Part shown: one piece after another, positions 48,971 through 59,285 of the stretch
Layout of the letters: each line of letters starts with the position of its first letter
Numbering within the stretch: the stretch's first letter is position 1
NCBI GenBank assembly: GCA_964405925.1
Contig: CAYOQG010000001.1
Location: 6,369-70,368, forward strand
DNA: 64,000 bases
From: an uncultured Phycisphaeraceae bacterium
Lineage (GTDB): Bacteria; Planctomycetota; Phycisphaerae; UBA1845
Direction of reading: 5' to 3'
Notes under the pieces: model-generated
Told to the model about the DNA's origin: nothing
The model's input: the letters and a program-made list of their open reading frames with translations, nothing else
Database searches by the model: none
Made by a program: the position numbers and the translations under genes

Positions 48971-49430
48971 TCTGGACGTCCGTGTATAATTCTCCGTGAT
49001 GCTGACAGGTACGCCTGCGAAACGTGTGGCTCAACAATCGCTCTGGGTGGTCCTGGCGCCGCTCGGGCTGGTGCTGCTCACCTCGGTTGTGGTGTTGACG
49101 CATCGGTCGGACCCGCGCCGGCCAAGGACGACGATTGACGTGGCAGCCACCGCCACGCTCACTGCGGCGCCGACGGTCTTAATGGATTTCGCCGCCTCGC
49201 CCGGGGTGACCTCGCCCGTGGCTGCTGTGGCCAGGTTCAGCATCGGGAAGCTCCCCTTAACAGCCTGCGTCGCGACCATCTCGCGGACCCACATGGTCAC
49301 GGTCGCACGAATCGGTAGCCTGCACGGTCCCTAACCTGTTCACACACTGAGCCCGTTAACGGCGTTCGTGCGTCCACATCCTTAGCAGGTGATCTAAAAG
49401 AGCTGTGACAGACTGACTTAAAGGTTCAAA

Positions 49431-52400
49431 ATGTCTCTAACCAACACAACTTCGGCACTCATTAATGGTGTCAAAGCTCTGCCCCGCAAGATCTTTGGGA
49501 CTCGCAATGAGCGTTTGCTGAAGGTCTACCGGCGGCAGGTGGCGCCGGTCGGCGAGCTGGAAGCCGAAATCCGCCGCGATTACGATATGCGGTTGGCACG
49601 TCGACTCGAGGAAGAACACCTCGATGATCTTCCCGAAGAGGAACGCGCGTCCCGGCTTCGGGCGGTCCGCCTCGAGCTCAGTGGCGACCTCCGGCAACGC
49701 GCCGACAGGTTGCGTGAGCAAGTCAGCGGGATCATGCAGCCGCTGCATGATTGGTGGCAATCCCTTGACCCTGGTAACCGGGTCGAAGAATACTACAAGG
49801 ACGATTACCGCAAGAGAAATGCCAAGCTCATCGAGGATCTTGACGAGCAGGGCATCATGGCCGAGGTGTTCGCCGTGCTGCGTGAAGCCTCTCGCCGTGC
49901 CCAGGCCCACCGCCATTTCGATTGCCAGCTTATCGGCGGTCGTGTCCTCTTTGAGGGCCGAATCGCGGAGATGAAAACGGGCGAGGGCAAGACGATCGTC
50001 TGTCACCTGGCAGCGTTCGTCAACGTATTGTGCGGGCGCAAGGTCCATATCGTCACTGTCAACGACTACCTCGTTAAGCGTGACGCGGAGTTCGCGGCCC
50101 CGATCTTCGAGCTGTTTGGCGTCACCGTTGGCTACATCCAGGCGATGGTGGACCCCGGTGGACGCGAGGGCATTCGCCACCGTGCCTACAGTTGCGACAT
50201 CACTTATGGTACAAACAGCGAGTTCGGCTTCGATTACCTGCGTGACAATATGAAGACCCGCCTTGCGGAGCAGGTCCAGGGGCCGCTGGACTACGTCATC
50301 GTAGACGAGGTGGACTCGATCCTGATCGACGAGGCCCGAACACCGTTGATCATCTCTGGTCCCACCTCGGATGACGTCACACGATATCCGCGGGCCAACA
50401 AGGTGGCGGAAGAAATTGTCCGTCGACAGGCAACGTGGGATCGGAAAGTGGCCGCCACCGTCGCCAAGTTCGATGGGGACACCCACAACATCCCCAAACT
50501 CGAAGATGCCATGAATATCCTGGGATATAAGGAGAAGAAAGGGGCGGAACCGACTCGCAAGCAGCCCGCGCAGGCGTCGGATGACGAACCTCCCCAGGCG
50601 GATGACGGACCCCGGATGACGCTCGGGCCGGACTTCTTGATCGATGATCAGGTCGAGGCGATCCAAATCTATGAAAATGACATCCTGCGACTCCCACCCT
50701 CGGAGCAGTATCGGCGCTACTTCATCGTTCAGGCAGAGCGCAAGCAGGCCGGGATCACCCATGAGGGTGTGACGATCGCCCAGGAACTGCTCGACATCGG
50801 AAGCCTATATAGCGGTGACAACATGGAGTGGCCCCACCTGATCGAGAATGCCCTTCGTGCACATAAGGTCTACGAACGCGACAAGGATTACGTCGTCCAG
50901 GATGGTCAGGTGATCATCGTCGACCCGTTCACGGGCCGCCTGATGCACGGGCGGCAGTGGTCAGACGGTCTCCACCAAGCCGTCGAGGCGAAGGAGGGCG
51001 TCCGGGTCAAGGAGGAAACCCAAACACTCGCCACCATCACCATCCAGAACTTCGTCAAGCTCTACCCCCTCCGGGCGGGGATGACCGGTACTGCCATGAC
51101 CGAGGCGACCGAGTTCGACAAGATTTATAGACTCGATGTGGTGGAGATTCCCACGAACCGCCCCGTCAACCGCGTCGACCACAACGACAAGATGTACCGC
51201 GACACAGAGCAGAAATACACCGCGATTGTCGATGAAATTCACGAGGTGCATCGGCGTGGTCGACCGGCTGACCCATTTCTCCTTGCTGACGTATTAACGG
51301 CACTAAGAACCGTTCTTCAGAGACAGGGTGAGGACATCAGTCGAATCGATGAAACAATCCGGCAGTTCAACAACGCAGAGCTCAACGACCGCAAGGTCGT
51401 CCGGTTAATGCTCGAGACCTACGACGAAGTCATGGGCGATCTGGCTCATGGACGTCCGGTGTTGGTGGGCACCACCAGCGTCGAGAACTCGGAGAAGCTC
51501 TCCAGGTTATTGTCCCAACGGTATGGGATCGAACACGAGGTCCTAAACGCCAAGAACCACTCCCGCGAGGCTGAGATCGTCGCCAAGGCGGGCCATTGCT
51601 CCATTCCAACCAAGGGGGCGGACAAGACCTCCCGCGGCAACGTGACCATTGCCACGAACATGGCAGGTCGTGGAACTGACATCAAGCTGGGCACCGGTGT
51701 CGTCTACCCGAAGTGTCGCGTCCCCGATCCCTTGCCGGAAGGGGTAAAACCGAGCGAGCTGTATCCAACAGGGATCACCAAGTGCTGCATCAAGTGCGAG
51801 GACTATGACCCGGACACGAACTGCGGGCACTGCTTTAAGCCAAAGATCGATCCTCGCTTTCCCGAGCTTGGCCGCAAGGTTTGCACCATCAATGTCCCCT
51901 GCGGATTGCATATCATCGGGACCGAACGGCACGAAGCCCGACGCATCGACAACCAGCTCCGTGGTCGATCGGGCCGGCAAGGTGACCCGGGCTCCTCTCG
52001 CTTTTCGCTATCGCTACAGGATGACCTCCTCAAGCTCTTCATGCCGGATTGGATGCTCAAGATGATGGAGAAGCTCGGGTTCACCGACGGCTCCAGTTTG
52101 GAGGACAAACGGCTCACTAAGGGAATCGAGCGAGCACAACGCAAGGTCGAGGAGCGTAACTTCTCCACCCGCAAACATCTCCTCGAGTGGGACGAGCCGA
52201 TGGACTACCAGCGGAAGGAATTCTACACCGCTAGGCAGCGAATCCTCGAGGAACGCGATCTGCCCGGTTTGATCTTCGAGACCATCGACAACTCCATCAA
52301 CACGACACTCGATCAGTTCCTCAGCGGACAATACGACCGAACGTGCATCTGCGAATGGTGTCGCATCAACCTCGACCTGACCATCTCCGAAGACGACATC

Positions 52401-53684
52401 GACATCGACGATCTGGAATCAGCCACCAACAGCATCCGACAGAAAGCCATCGACGAGGCACACGACCAGATCCGGACTTCCCTCGGCGAGTACATCGACC
52501 CGGAGGAACCACCCAACAAGTGGGACCTCGGCGGCTTGCTGCACTGGGCCAAGCGGGCGTTCAACGTCTCTATGACTCAGAATCAGATGCGGAAGATGGA
52601 ACCGCAAGAAATCGAGGACGCCCTCCTGGAGGCGGCGAAGGCCCACTGTGAAAAGGTCGAACTTAGTGGTATATCCATCTATCTCGACCGCCAATACCCC
52701 TACCAGGCATTGGGCGAGTGGGCCCGGTCCAAGTTCAACATTGAGATCGACGTGGACGAACTCGTTGATACCCCTAAGCGTGAGGTGGCAAGCATGTTGC
52801 ACCAACGTGTCCGCGAAGCCTATCGCGAACGTGAGATCTGCTATCCGGCGGAATGGTGCGTTGAAAGCGCTTTCGGCGCGGAGGGGACGGATCACGCAGC
52901 CGCGGCTGACACCGTCATCGGCTGGGTTCGGTACAAATACCGGATCAATTGGAGGCTCGAAGAAGTCCAGAGCAAGTCGCCCAATGAACTGCGAGAACTA
53001 CTCGTGGCCTTAAACCGCGACTTCGCTGACCGCAAGCTCGAACAAGAGATTGATGAAAGCATCCAGGATAAGGACGAACAGGCCGTGCTCGAGTGGGCTC
53101 GCAAGCGCTTTGGCCCCGCCTGGAGTCAGCGCCGCTTCGAGCAAGGCAACGGTGATCTGCGCGGCGCCCTGCTCGCTCAAGGGCGGGAGATGCTACGGTG
53201 GGAACTGACCCGACTCGAGCAGTTCGTTTTGCTTCGGCTCTACGACCAAGCCTGGAAGGACCATCTGTTGGAGATGGATCACCTGAAGACTGCCATCATG
53301 CAGCGACCGCTCGGTGGTGATCAGACACACCCGCAAAGTCAGTTTGCGATCGAGGGTCGCGATCTGTTCACGCAAATGTGGGCACGCATCGCCACCCGAG
53401 TCACCGATATTATCTTCAAGGTGAAAGCCGTGGGCGGACCAGGGCAGGAAGCACCCCGAACGGATACCGCCCGACGCCTGATGGCGATGTCCTACGGCCA
53501 TGCCGACGCGACTGGAGCCGGTCTCGCCACCGCGAGTCGGGACCAAGAGGCAGCCATGCGGGCGCAAAACGTGGACGGCAAGGTCGAGACCATCCGACGC
53601 GAGCAACCTCGTGTCGGCCGCAACGCACCCTGCCCCTGCGGTAGCGGGAAGAAATACAAGCAATGCCATGGTAAAGGACAATAA
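49431..53684 (+). CDS. secA: Preprotein translocase ATPase SecA (unusually long, 1417 aa)
   Basis: Walker [73 protein letters not shown], and the C-terminal zinc finger [14 protein letters not shown]. It has large insertions relative to the roughly 900-aa SecA of E. coli. Confidence 0.97.
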   Translation: MSLTNTTSALINGVKALPRKIFGTRNERLLKVYRRQVAPVGELEAEIRRDYDMRLARRLEEEHLDDLPEEERASRLRAVRLELSGDLRQRADRLREQVSGIMQPLHDWWQSLDPGNRVEEYYKDDYRKRNAKLIEDLDEQGIMAEVFAVLREASRRAQAHRHFDCQLIGGRVLFEGRIAEMKTGEGKTIVCHLAAFVNVLCGRKVHIVTVNDYLVKRDAEFAAPIFELFGVTVGYIQAMVDPGGREGIRHRAYSCDITYGTNSEFGFDYLRDNMKTRLAEQVQGPLDYVIVDEVDSILIDEARTPLIISGPTSDDVTRYPRANKVAEEIVRRQATWDRKVAATVAKFDGDTHNIPKLEDAMNILGYKEKKGAEPTRKQPAQASDDEPPQADDGPRMTLGPDFLIDDQVEAIQIYENDILRLPPSEQYRRYFIVQAERKQAGITHEGVTIAQELLDIGSLYSGDNMEWPHLIENALRAHKVYERDKDYVVQDGQVIIVDPFTGRLMHGRQWSDGLHQAVEAKEGVRVKEETQTLATITIQNFVKLYPLRAGMTGTAMTEATEFDKIYRLDVVEIPTNRPVNRVDHNDKMYRDTEQKYTAIVDEIHEVHRRGRPADPFLLADVLTALRTVLQRQGEDISRIDETIRQFNNAELNDRKVVRLMLETYDEVMGDLAHGRPVLVGTTSVENSEKLSRLLSQRYGIEHEVLNAKNHSREAEIVAKAGHCSIPTKGADKTSRGNVTIATNMAGRGTDIKLGTGVVYPKCRVPDPLPEGVKPSELYPTGITKCCIKCEDYDPDTNCGHCFKPKIDPRFPELGRKVCTINVPCGLHIIGTERHEARRIDNQLRGRSGRQGDPGSSRFSLSLQDDLLKLFMPDWMLKMMEKLGFTDGSSLEDKRLTKGIERAQRKVEERNFSTRKHLLEWDEPMDYQRKEFYTARQRILEERDLPGLIFETIDNSINTTLDQFLSGQYDRTCICEWCRINLDLTISEDDIDIDDLESATNSIRQKAIDEAHDQIRTSLGEYIDPEEPPNKWDLGGLLHWAKRAFNVSMTQNQMRKMEPQEIEDALLEAAKAHCEKVELSGISIYLDRQYPYQALGEWARSKFNIEIDVDELVDTPKREVASMLHQRVREAYREREICYPAEWCVESAFGAEGTDHAAAADTVIGWVRYKYRINWRLEEVQSKSPNELRELLVALNRDFADRKLEQEIDESIQDKDEQAVLEWARKRFGPAWSQRRFEQGNGDLRGALLAQGREMLRWELTRLEQFVLLRLYDQAWKDHLLEMDHLKTAIMQRPLGGDQTHPQSQFAIEGRDLFTQMWARIATRVTDIIFKVKAVGGPGQEAPRTDTARRLMAMSYGHADATGAGLATASRDQEAAMRAQNVDGKVETIRREQPRVGRNAPCPCGSGKKYKQCHGKGQ

Positions 53685-53708
53685 GCGTGTGGACCCACCT
53701 GATAACCG

Positions 53709-53915
53709 ATGAATCCGCCGCATGAAAACGAAATCGACTGGACGGCCACAACCTGGGAGGGAAGCCGTCGTAGTCAGTTAGAGTATTGGGCCCAGTTGTC
53801 ACTGGACGACATCTTCGCCGCCCAGGCGGAAATGGCCGAATTCGCCCGGCGGATGGGTGCCTTGGGCAACGACGACAAGTTGCCCGCCTGCCTTCCACCG
53901 AAGGGTGAACGCTGA
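53709..53915 (+). CDS. Hypothetical small protein (68 aa)
   Basis: The ORF starts 25 nt after the secA stop. The sequence MNPPHENEIDWTATTWEGSRRSQLEYWAQLSLDDIFAAQAEMAEFARRMG looks globular. No known family recognised. Confidence 0.4.
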   Translation: MNPPHENEIDWTATTWEGSRRSQLEYWAQLSLDDIFAAQAEMAEFARRMGALGNDDKLPACLPPKGER

Positions 53916-53952
53916 TCGGGAGCTGGCAATTCTCGATCGAGGCCGGCGGGTG

Positions 53953-53985
53953 GGTGGCATGGGTCCGCCCCAAGGGGACCCCTGT
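53953..53985. repeat. Intergenic repeat family 2, copy 2
   Basis: GGTGGCATGGGTCCGCCCCAAGGGGACCCCTGT. Compare 33773..33807. The GGGTCC/GGACCC stem is retained. Confidence 0.6.
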
Positions 53986-54220
53986 AGCTGCGGTTGATGA
54001 CCCGGTCTGTCGCAGGCAGGCCGTGGAAAGGCCCGCCGATCGCCAAGGCCCGGCTTCGCCAGACCGTGCCCCCCATTCGGATCCCAGTGCAGCATCTTAC
54101 CCACCAGGCCGACGCGGACCCTACGCGCCGTCATCCCGGAGGCGCGGTTTGAATTCCGAGATCCAGCGGAATAGAATGCGCCGGTGCCCTACCAGTATCT
54201 TGCACCGAGAGGGTAAGCAA

Positions 54221-55279
54221 ATGTCCATTCAAGGCAGCTTACGCCGTATTGCGATTGCGTCCCTGCCGCTCGGTGCCTTATCCGGTCTTTCCCGCGGCGC
54301 GACGGCGCCCAACAACGAACCAGGCAATCCACCTCGTCCCTCCCGCGGCGTGGCGCCACCTGCCGTGGCAGTGGATTCCGCCGTCGAACCGGAGCTCTTT
54401 GTTGCCGAGCCACGCCACGATCCGATTGTGGAGGAGACGGAGATTCAGGTTCCAAATGATGGACTCCTCGTGCTGGCGGCCAAGGCCACCGAGCTGGGCG
54501 ATGGCCTCTGGCGCTATGAGTACGCACTCGAGAACGACAGTTCCCTTCGCGCAGTGGGGTCGTTCAGCGTTTGCTTTTGGTGCGGGGACGTAGTGAACAT
54601 GGGATTCGCCGACGCAGATGCCCACTGTGGCGACCAATACAACTGCACCGATTGGACGCCCAACATTGCCCAGCGAGGAGTCCACTGGTCCACGCTGAGC
54701 TATGCGGTCAATCCCAACGCGAACGCCCTGCGCATCGGCAGAACGTACTATTATTGGTTCGACTCGCATGCGCCTCCCTGGACCGACAGGTCCAGGGCGC
54801 AGTTCGGCCTCTTCACACCGGGGGTCCCGCAGGAACTTTGGGCGAATACCCTCGGGCCTGGAGAGCCCTGCGCCACCGATGCCGACCACGACGGCGAAGG
54901 GGACTGTTTCGATTTCTGCCCGGGCACGCCAGCGAGCGCCTGCACATGCCAGGGGTTCGGGATGTGCTGCTGGGGCTGTACGGGCCCATGTGAAGACGAG
55001 TACCCCAATGACGAGTGCGTCGCGGACGGCGGTACGCCCGACGAGTGTGGTGACCCGCGATGTAAGAACGGCTGCCCGCTCCTGGACATGGATAACGACG
55101 GAGATCGCGATCTGGCAGACTTCGCTGAGTTTCAACGCTGCTTCAGCGGCGCGTCAGGGGATCCGGGATATGTGGCACCTACGCAGGAGTGCGTGAACCG
55201 GCTGGATATCGACGAAGATCAGGCAATCGGTTTGGGCGACTACAAGCAGTTGTTCGAGCTGGGCTTGCTCGGCGAATAG
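54221..55279 (+). CDS. Secreted Cys-rich protein with C-terminal dockerin-like module
   Basis: ATG at 54221 (GAGAGGG upstream) gives the signal-like MSIQGSLRRIAIASLPLGALSGLSRGA. The C-terminus has LLDMDNDGDRDLADFAEFQRCF ... LDIDEDQAIGLGDYKQLF paired Ca-loop motifs. The upstream part of ORF 53954.. is built from the repeat element. Confidence 0.65.
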   Translation: MSIQGSLRRIAIASLPLGALSGLSRGATAPNNEPGNPPRPSRGVAPPAVAVDSAVEPELFVAEPRHDPIVEETEIQVPNDGLLVLAAKATELGDGLWRYEYALENDSSLRAVGSFSVCFWCGDVVNMGFADADAHCGDQYNCTDWTPNIAQRGVHWSTLSYAVNPNANALRIGRTYYYWFDSHAPPWTDRSRAQFGLFTPGVPQELWANTLGPGEPCATDADHDGEGDCFDFCPGTPASACTCQGFGMCCWGCTGPCEDEYPNDECVADGGTPDECGDPRCKNGCPLLDMDNDGDRDLADFAEFQRCFSGASGDPGYVAPTQECVNRLDIDEDQAIGLGDYKQLFELGLLGE

Positions 55280-55394
55280 CGGCGGAACACTGAACGTGAG
55301 CGGAGGGATGACTGCGGGGAACCGTGCTCCGCGGCGAACATGCCCACAGGCTGAGTGCGCGTCGATTGTGACCGGGCGTTTGCCATGACCATCC

Positions 55395-58300
55395 ATGCGA
55401 TCAGACAACTGGCAATTCTTCATTGACGTCGGTGGCACGTTCACCGACGTTGTCGCCCGAGGCCCCGACGGCGCGATTGTCACCCACAAACTTCTAAGTT
55501 CTGGGGCGACTCGTGGTGTGGTCGAGGGGCAGTCGCAGGGAACGTGTATAAGCGACCAGCAGCGTGCGGGTGATCCGGAGGGGTTCTGGGTCGGATATCG
55601 TGTCGGACTGATCAGCGAAGACTGCCACGGTTCTGTCGGCAAGCAAAGTAGCGACACCGAGGAGCAGGTTGCGCATGTAACGCGGTTCGAGACCGACACG
55701 GGACGACTTTGGCTTGATCGCCCTTTAACCGCGGTGGTGCCAGGACAGTCCGTCTATGAGCTGCGGAGTGAAGAAGAGGCTCCAGTGGTAGCCATTCGAT
55801 ACCTGATGGGACTGCGTCTGAACGACCCGATCGGTCCAATCGACCTCCGCCTGGGCACGACACGTGCGACGAATGCGTTACTCGAGCGCAAGGGTGCCAA
55901 GACCGCCTTCGTGACCACCAAAGGATTCGGCGACGTCCTGAAGATCGGGTACCAGGATCGCCCCGAGCTCTTCGTCCTCGACATCCACAAGCGCGATGAG
56001 CTGGCTGGCTGCGTGGTCGAGATCGATGAGCGTATCAACGCCACAGGGCAGGTGCTCCGGCGACCGGACGAGAGCGCCATCCGTCAGCGGCTCCAGAAGC
56101 TGCCGGAGTCGGGGATCGAAGCCCTGGCCATCTGCCTTCTGCATGCCCACCTGAACCCCGCTCACGAGGAGATCGTGGCGTCCGTCGCGGCGTCGGTGGG
56201 GTTCTCGCACGTCTCCGTGTCTTCGCGTGTTGCCCGAATGGAGAAGATCGTGCCACGTGGTGACACGACGGTTGTGGATGCCTACTTGGGACCGGTCATC
56301 AAAGACTACGTCGGAACGCTTCGTCGATCCCTCCCCGAGGCTCGTCTCAGACTTCTGACCAGCAACGGCGGATTGGTCGACGCGGACAGCACGGCAGGTA
56401 AGGACACGATCCTGAGCGGACCAGCCGGCGGTGTCGTTGGCTGCCGTCACGTTGCTCACCAGGCCGGTTTTCTCAAGACCATCGGGTTTGACATGGGCGG
56501 GACCAGCACGGACGTGTCACGGGTCGACGAACCACCGAATGATCTGGAATACCAGCACGAAACGGTCAAGGCCGGCGTCCGCATCATGGCACCCATGCTG
56601 GCCGTCGAAACCGTGGCAGCCGGCGGTGGGAGCATCTGCACGTTTGACGGTCAGAAGCTGGTCGTGGGACCCGAAAGCGCCGGCGCTGATCCGGGACCAG
56701 CCTGCTATGGCCGGGGTGGTCCACTGACGGTCACTGACATGAACCTCTATCTCGGGCGGATCGTCTCCCAGTACTTCCCCTTCCGACTCGATCGCCACGT
56801 CGTCGAGCGGAAGCTGACGGCACTTTGTGAGAAGGTCAATATAGACACGGGCTCCGACCTTCGCCTCGTCGACCTCGCCGAGGGGTTCATCAAGATCGCC
56901 AACGCCAACATGGCTGCCGCCATCAAGCGAATCTCGATTGCCAAAGGTTACGACGCTCGCGAGTACGCGCTGACTACCTTTGGAGGCGCGGGTGCCCAGC
57001 ACGCTTGTGCCATCGCCCGGGGACTTGGCATCTCGCGTGTTCTTTGTAGCCCCTTTGCTGGGGTCCTCAGTGCTGTCGGTATTGGTGTCGCGGACGTCAA
57101 ACGGATCGGTCAGCGCAGCGTCCACCATCGACTCGAGCCACAGGCCGATGTCGCACTCGACCCCAGGTTCGAGTCGCTCACCGCGGAGCTGCGTGAAGCT
57201 CTGATAGCCGATGGGACGCGAGCGGACGCTCTTTCACCACCAGTGCGGACGATGGACCTCTGCTATGTGGGACAAGCCATGCTCCTCACCGTGCCGGCGG
57301 AGCCTTTGGAGGAGGCACAGTCTCGATTCGAGACGCTTCACCGCCAGCTCTACGGCTACTGTCACGTGGATCGTGCGATTGAGATCCGTACCATCCGTGT
57401 CGAGCTGGCTGCGCGTACAGAGCATTTGCCCATTCAATGGACACCGGGTGGAACATCACAGGGATCAAGACCGCGGGTGACCACGATGATCCTGGACGGT
57501 AAGCCGACGACCGTTCCACTGTTTATCCGCGGTGAGCTCTACACCAATCAGCGCATTACCGGACCCGCTGTCATTATCGAGGACACTTCCACCATCGTCA
57601 TCGACCCGGGTTGGGAAGCCACCATCACCGAACATGGTGACGTTATACTGACAGACGCCCACACTGAAACCGGACAAGAGCGGATCGGCACCGATGTCGA
57701 CCCGATCCAGCTCGAGTTGTTCAATAACCAGTTTGCCTCCATCGCCGAGCAGATGGGAACGACGCTTCGCCGGACGGCACTCTCCGTAAATGTCAAGGAG
57801 CGACTCGATTTCTCTTGTGCGATCTTTACACCCGAAGGCGAGCTGGTCGCCAACGCCCCCCATATCCCCGTGCATCTCGGTGGTATGAGTGACTGCGTTA
57901 AGGCACTAATGGAGGACGTGGACACGTTGACACCCGGCGACGTCTTTATCACCAACGATCCTTATCGCGGCGGGTCGCATCTCAACGATGTCACGATCAT
58001 AACACCCGTCCATGATGACGCCGGTACGACACTTCTGTTTTTCGTCGCCAGTCGGGCGCATCACGCCGAGATCGGCGGAACCAGACCCGGGTCCATGCCC
58101 CCCGACTCGACGTCGCTCGCCCAGGAAGGCGTCGTCATTCGCGCCTTCCCGTGGATCCGCGGGGGAAAGCCTCAGCACGACCGGCTACGAGCTCTTTTGA
58201 CCGCCCCGCCCTACCCGTCGCGTGCCCCGGATGAGAACCTGGCCGACGTGTCTGCGCAAGCGGCAGCCAACCAGACCGGTGTGCGCGAACTCAAAGCCAT

Positions 58301-59285
58301 GATCGACAAGTATGGTCTCGACGTGGTCCACAGCTACATGCGGCATATCCGCGACGCGGCGGAGCAAAAAATGCGCCGTGCCCTTGCCAGACTGCCGGAT
58401 GGTGTGCGTGAGTTTCAGGATCGATTGGACGATGGATCGCCCATCCGATTGGCGCTGAGCATCCACGGCGACGAAGCGATGCTCGATTTCTCGGGAACGG
58501 GGGGCGTTTTGCCGGGTAATCTTAACGCCAACCGGGCGATCGTAACCAGTGCCGTTTTGTACTGTCTGCGATGTCTGATCGACGAAGATATTCCGCTAAA
58601 CGCTGGCGTTCTCGCACCAGTAAGGATTACACTGCCCGAGTGTTTGCTGAACCCGCCGGCGATGGCCGATCCCGCAAAGTGCGCCGCCATGGGAGGCGGA
58701 AACGTGGAGACCTCGCAACGGATCGTGGACTGCATCTTCGGAGCACTCGGGACCGTCGCCGCCAGCCAGGGAACGATGAACAACGTGTTGATTGGACATG
58801 AAGCACTTAGCTATTACGAAACCATCTGCGGTGGGGCGGGCGCGGGACCCGGATTCGACGGAGCCGACGCTGTACACACCCACATGACCAACACGCGCTT
58901 GACAGACCCAGAGGTGCTCGAAGCCCGTGTTCCCCTGCGACTCATTCGATTCGCCATCCGACACGGCTCAGGCGGAAAGGGCCGGTACCGCGGCGGTTGC
59001 GGGGTGGTACGTGAATTGGAGTTTATGGAACCATTGGAAGTGTCAATCATCAGTCAGCGTCGCACGACGTCACCCTACGGGCTGCAAGGCGGCGGCCACG
59101 GCCAACCAGGGCAAAACCTGCTGCTGCGACGAGGGGCAAACCGCGCAAAGGTGCTTTTGCCCACCGTTTTGGCAACCGTCTTTCCAGGTGACAGGCTTAC
59201 GATCGAAACGCCAGGCGGTGGTGGTTGGGGTACGCCTCTAATCAACACCGAATCCACCCACTGCGTGGGGGCGACTGCCCCATGA
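55395..59285 (+). CDS. Fused hydantoinase A / hydantoinase B family enzyme (ATP-dependent 5-oxoprolinase type, OPLAH-like)
   Basis: 1296 aa. The N-terminus [16 protein letters not shown] is the hydantoinase/oxoprolinase N-terminal signature. Also present are [12 protein letters not shown] and the hydantoinase B half ([20 protein letters not shown] ... [14 protein letters not shown] ... GGGWG). The length matches single-chain 5-oxoprolinases. Confidence 0.88.
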   Translation: MRSDNWQFFIDVGGTFTDVVARGPDGAIVTHKLLSSGATRGVVEGQSQGTCISDQQRAGDPEGFWVGYRVGLISEDCHGSVGKQSSDTEEQVAHVTRFETDTGRLWLDRPLTAVVPGQSVYELRSEEEAPVVAIRYLMGLRLNDPIGPIDLRLGTTRATNALLERKGAKTAFVTTKGFGDVLKIGYQDRPELFVLDIHKRDELAGCVVEIDERINATGQVLRRPDESAIRQRLQKLPESGIEALAICLLHAHLNPAHEEIVASVAASVGFSHVSVSSRVARMEKIVPRGDTTVVDAYLGPVIKDYVGTLRRSLPEARLRLLTSNGGLVDADSTAGKDTILSGPAGGVVGCRHVAHQAGFLKTIGFDMGGTSTDVSRVDEPPNDLEYQHETVKAGVRIMAPMLAVETVAAGGGSICTFDGQKLVVGPESAGADPGPACYGRGGPLTVTDMNLYLGRIVSQYFPFRLDRHVVERKLTALCEKVNIDTGSDLRLVDLAEGFIKIANANMAAAIKRISIAKGYDAREYALTTFGGAGAQHACAIARGLGISRVLCSPFAGVLSAVGIGVADVKRIGQRSVHHRLEPQADVALDPRFESLTAELREALIADGTRADALSPPVRTMDLCYVGQAMLLTVPAEPLEEAQSRFETLHRQLYGYCHVDRAIEIRTIRVELAARTEHLPIQWTPGGTSQGSRPRVTTMILDGKPTTVPLFIRGELYTNQRITGPAVIIEDTSTIVIDPGWEATITEHGDVILTDAHTETGQERIGTDVDPIQLELFNNQFASIAEQMGTTLRRTALSVNVKERLDFSCAIFTPEGELVANAPHIPVHLGGMSDCVKALMEDVDTLTPGDVFITNDPYRGGSHLNDVTIITPVHDDAGTTLLFFVASRAHHAEIGGTRPGSMPPDSTSLAQEGVVIRAFPWIRGGKPQHDRLRALLTAPPYPSRAPDENLADVSAQAAANQTGVRELKAMIDKYGLDVVHSYMRHIRDAAEQKMRRALARLPDGVREFQDRLDDGSPIRLALSIHGDEAMLDFSGTGGVLPGNLNANRAIVTSAVLYCLRCLIDEDIPLNAGVLAPVRITLPECLLNPPAMADPAKCAAMGGGNVETSQRIVDCIFGALGTVAASQGTMNNVLIGHEALSYYETICGGAGAGPGFDGADAVHTHMTNTRLTDPEVLEARVPLRLIRFAIRHGSGGKGRYRGGCGVVRELEFMEPLEVSIISQRRTTSPYGLQGGGHGQPGQNLLLRRGANRAKVLLPTVLATVFPGDRLTIETPGGGGWGTPLINTESTHCVGATAP

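Noticed and set aside
48996-49334. Competing ORFs on opposite strands between the giant gene and secA: 112 aa on plus (48996..49334) and 89 aa on minus (49031..49300).
   Set aside because: Their third codon positions coincide, so both look GC3-rich, and neither has a recognisable family or convincing SD. The plus-strand version has one TM-like helix. I cannot decide between them, so neither is called.
53954-54220. N-terminal 89-aa extension of the ORF-track ORF 53954..55279.
   Set aside because: The extension is encoded by the intergenic hairpin/repeat element (family 2) and is Arg/Pro-rich. A signal peptide begins right at the internal ATG 54221, which has an SD-like GAGAGGG upstream.
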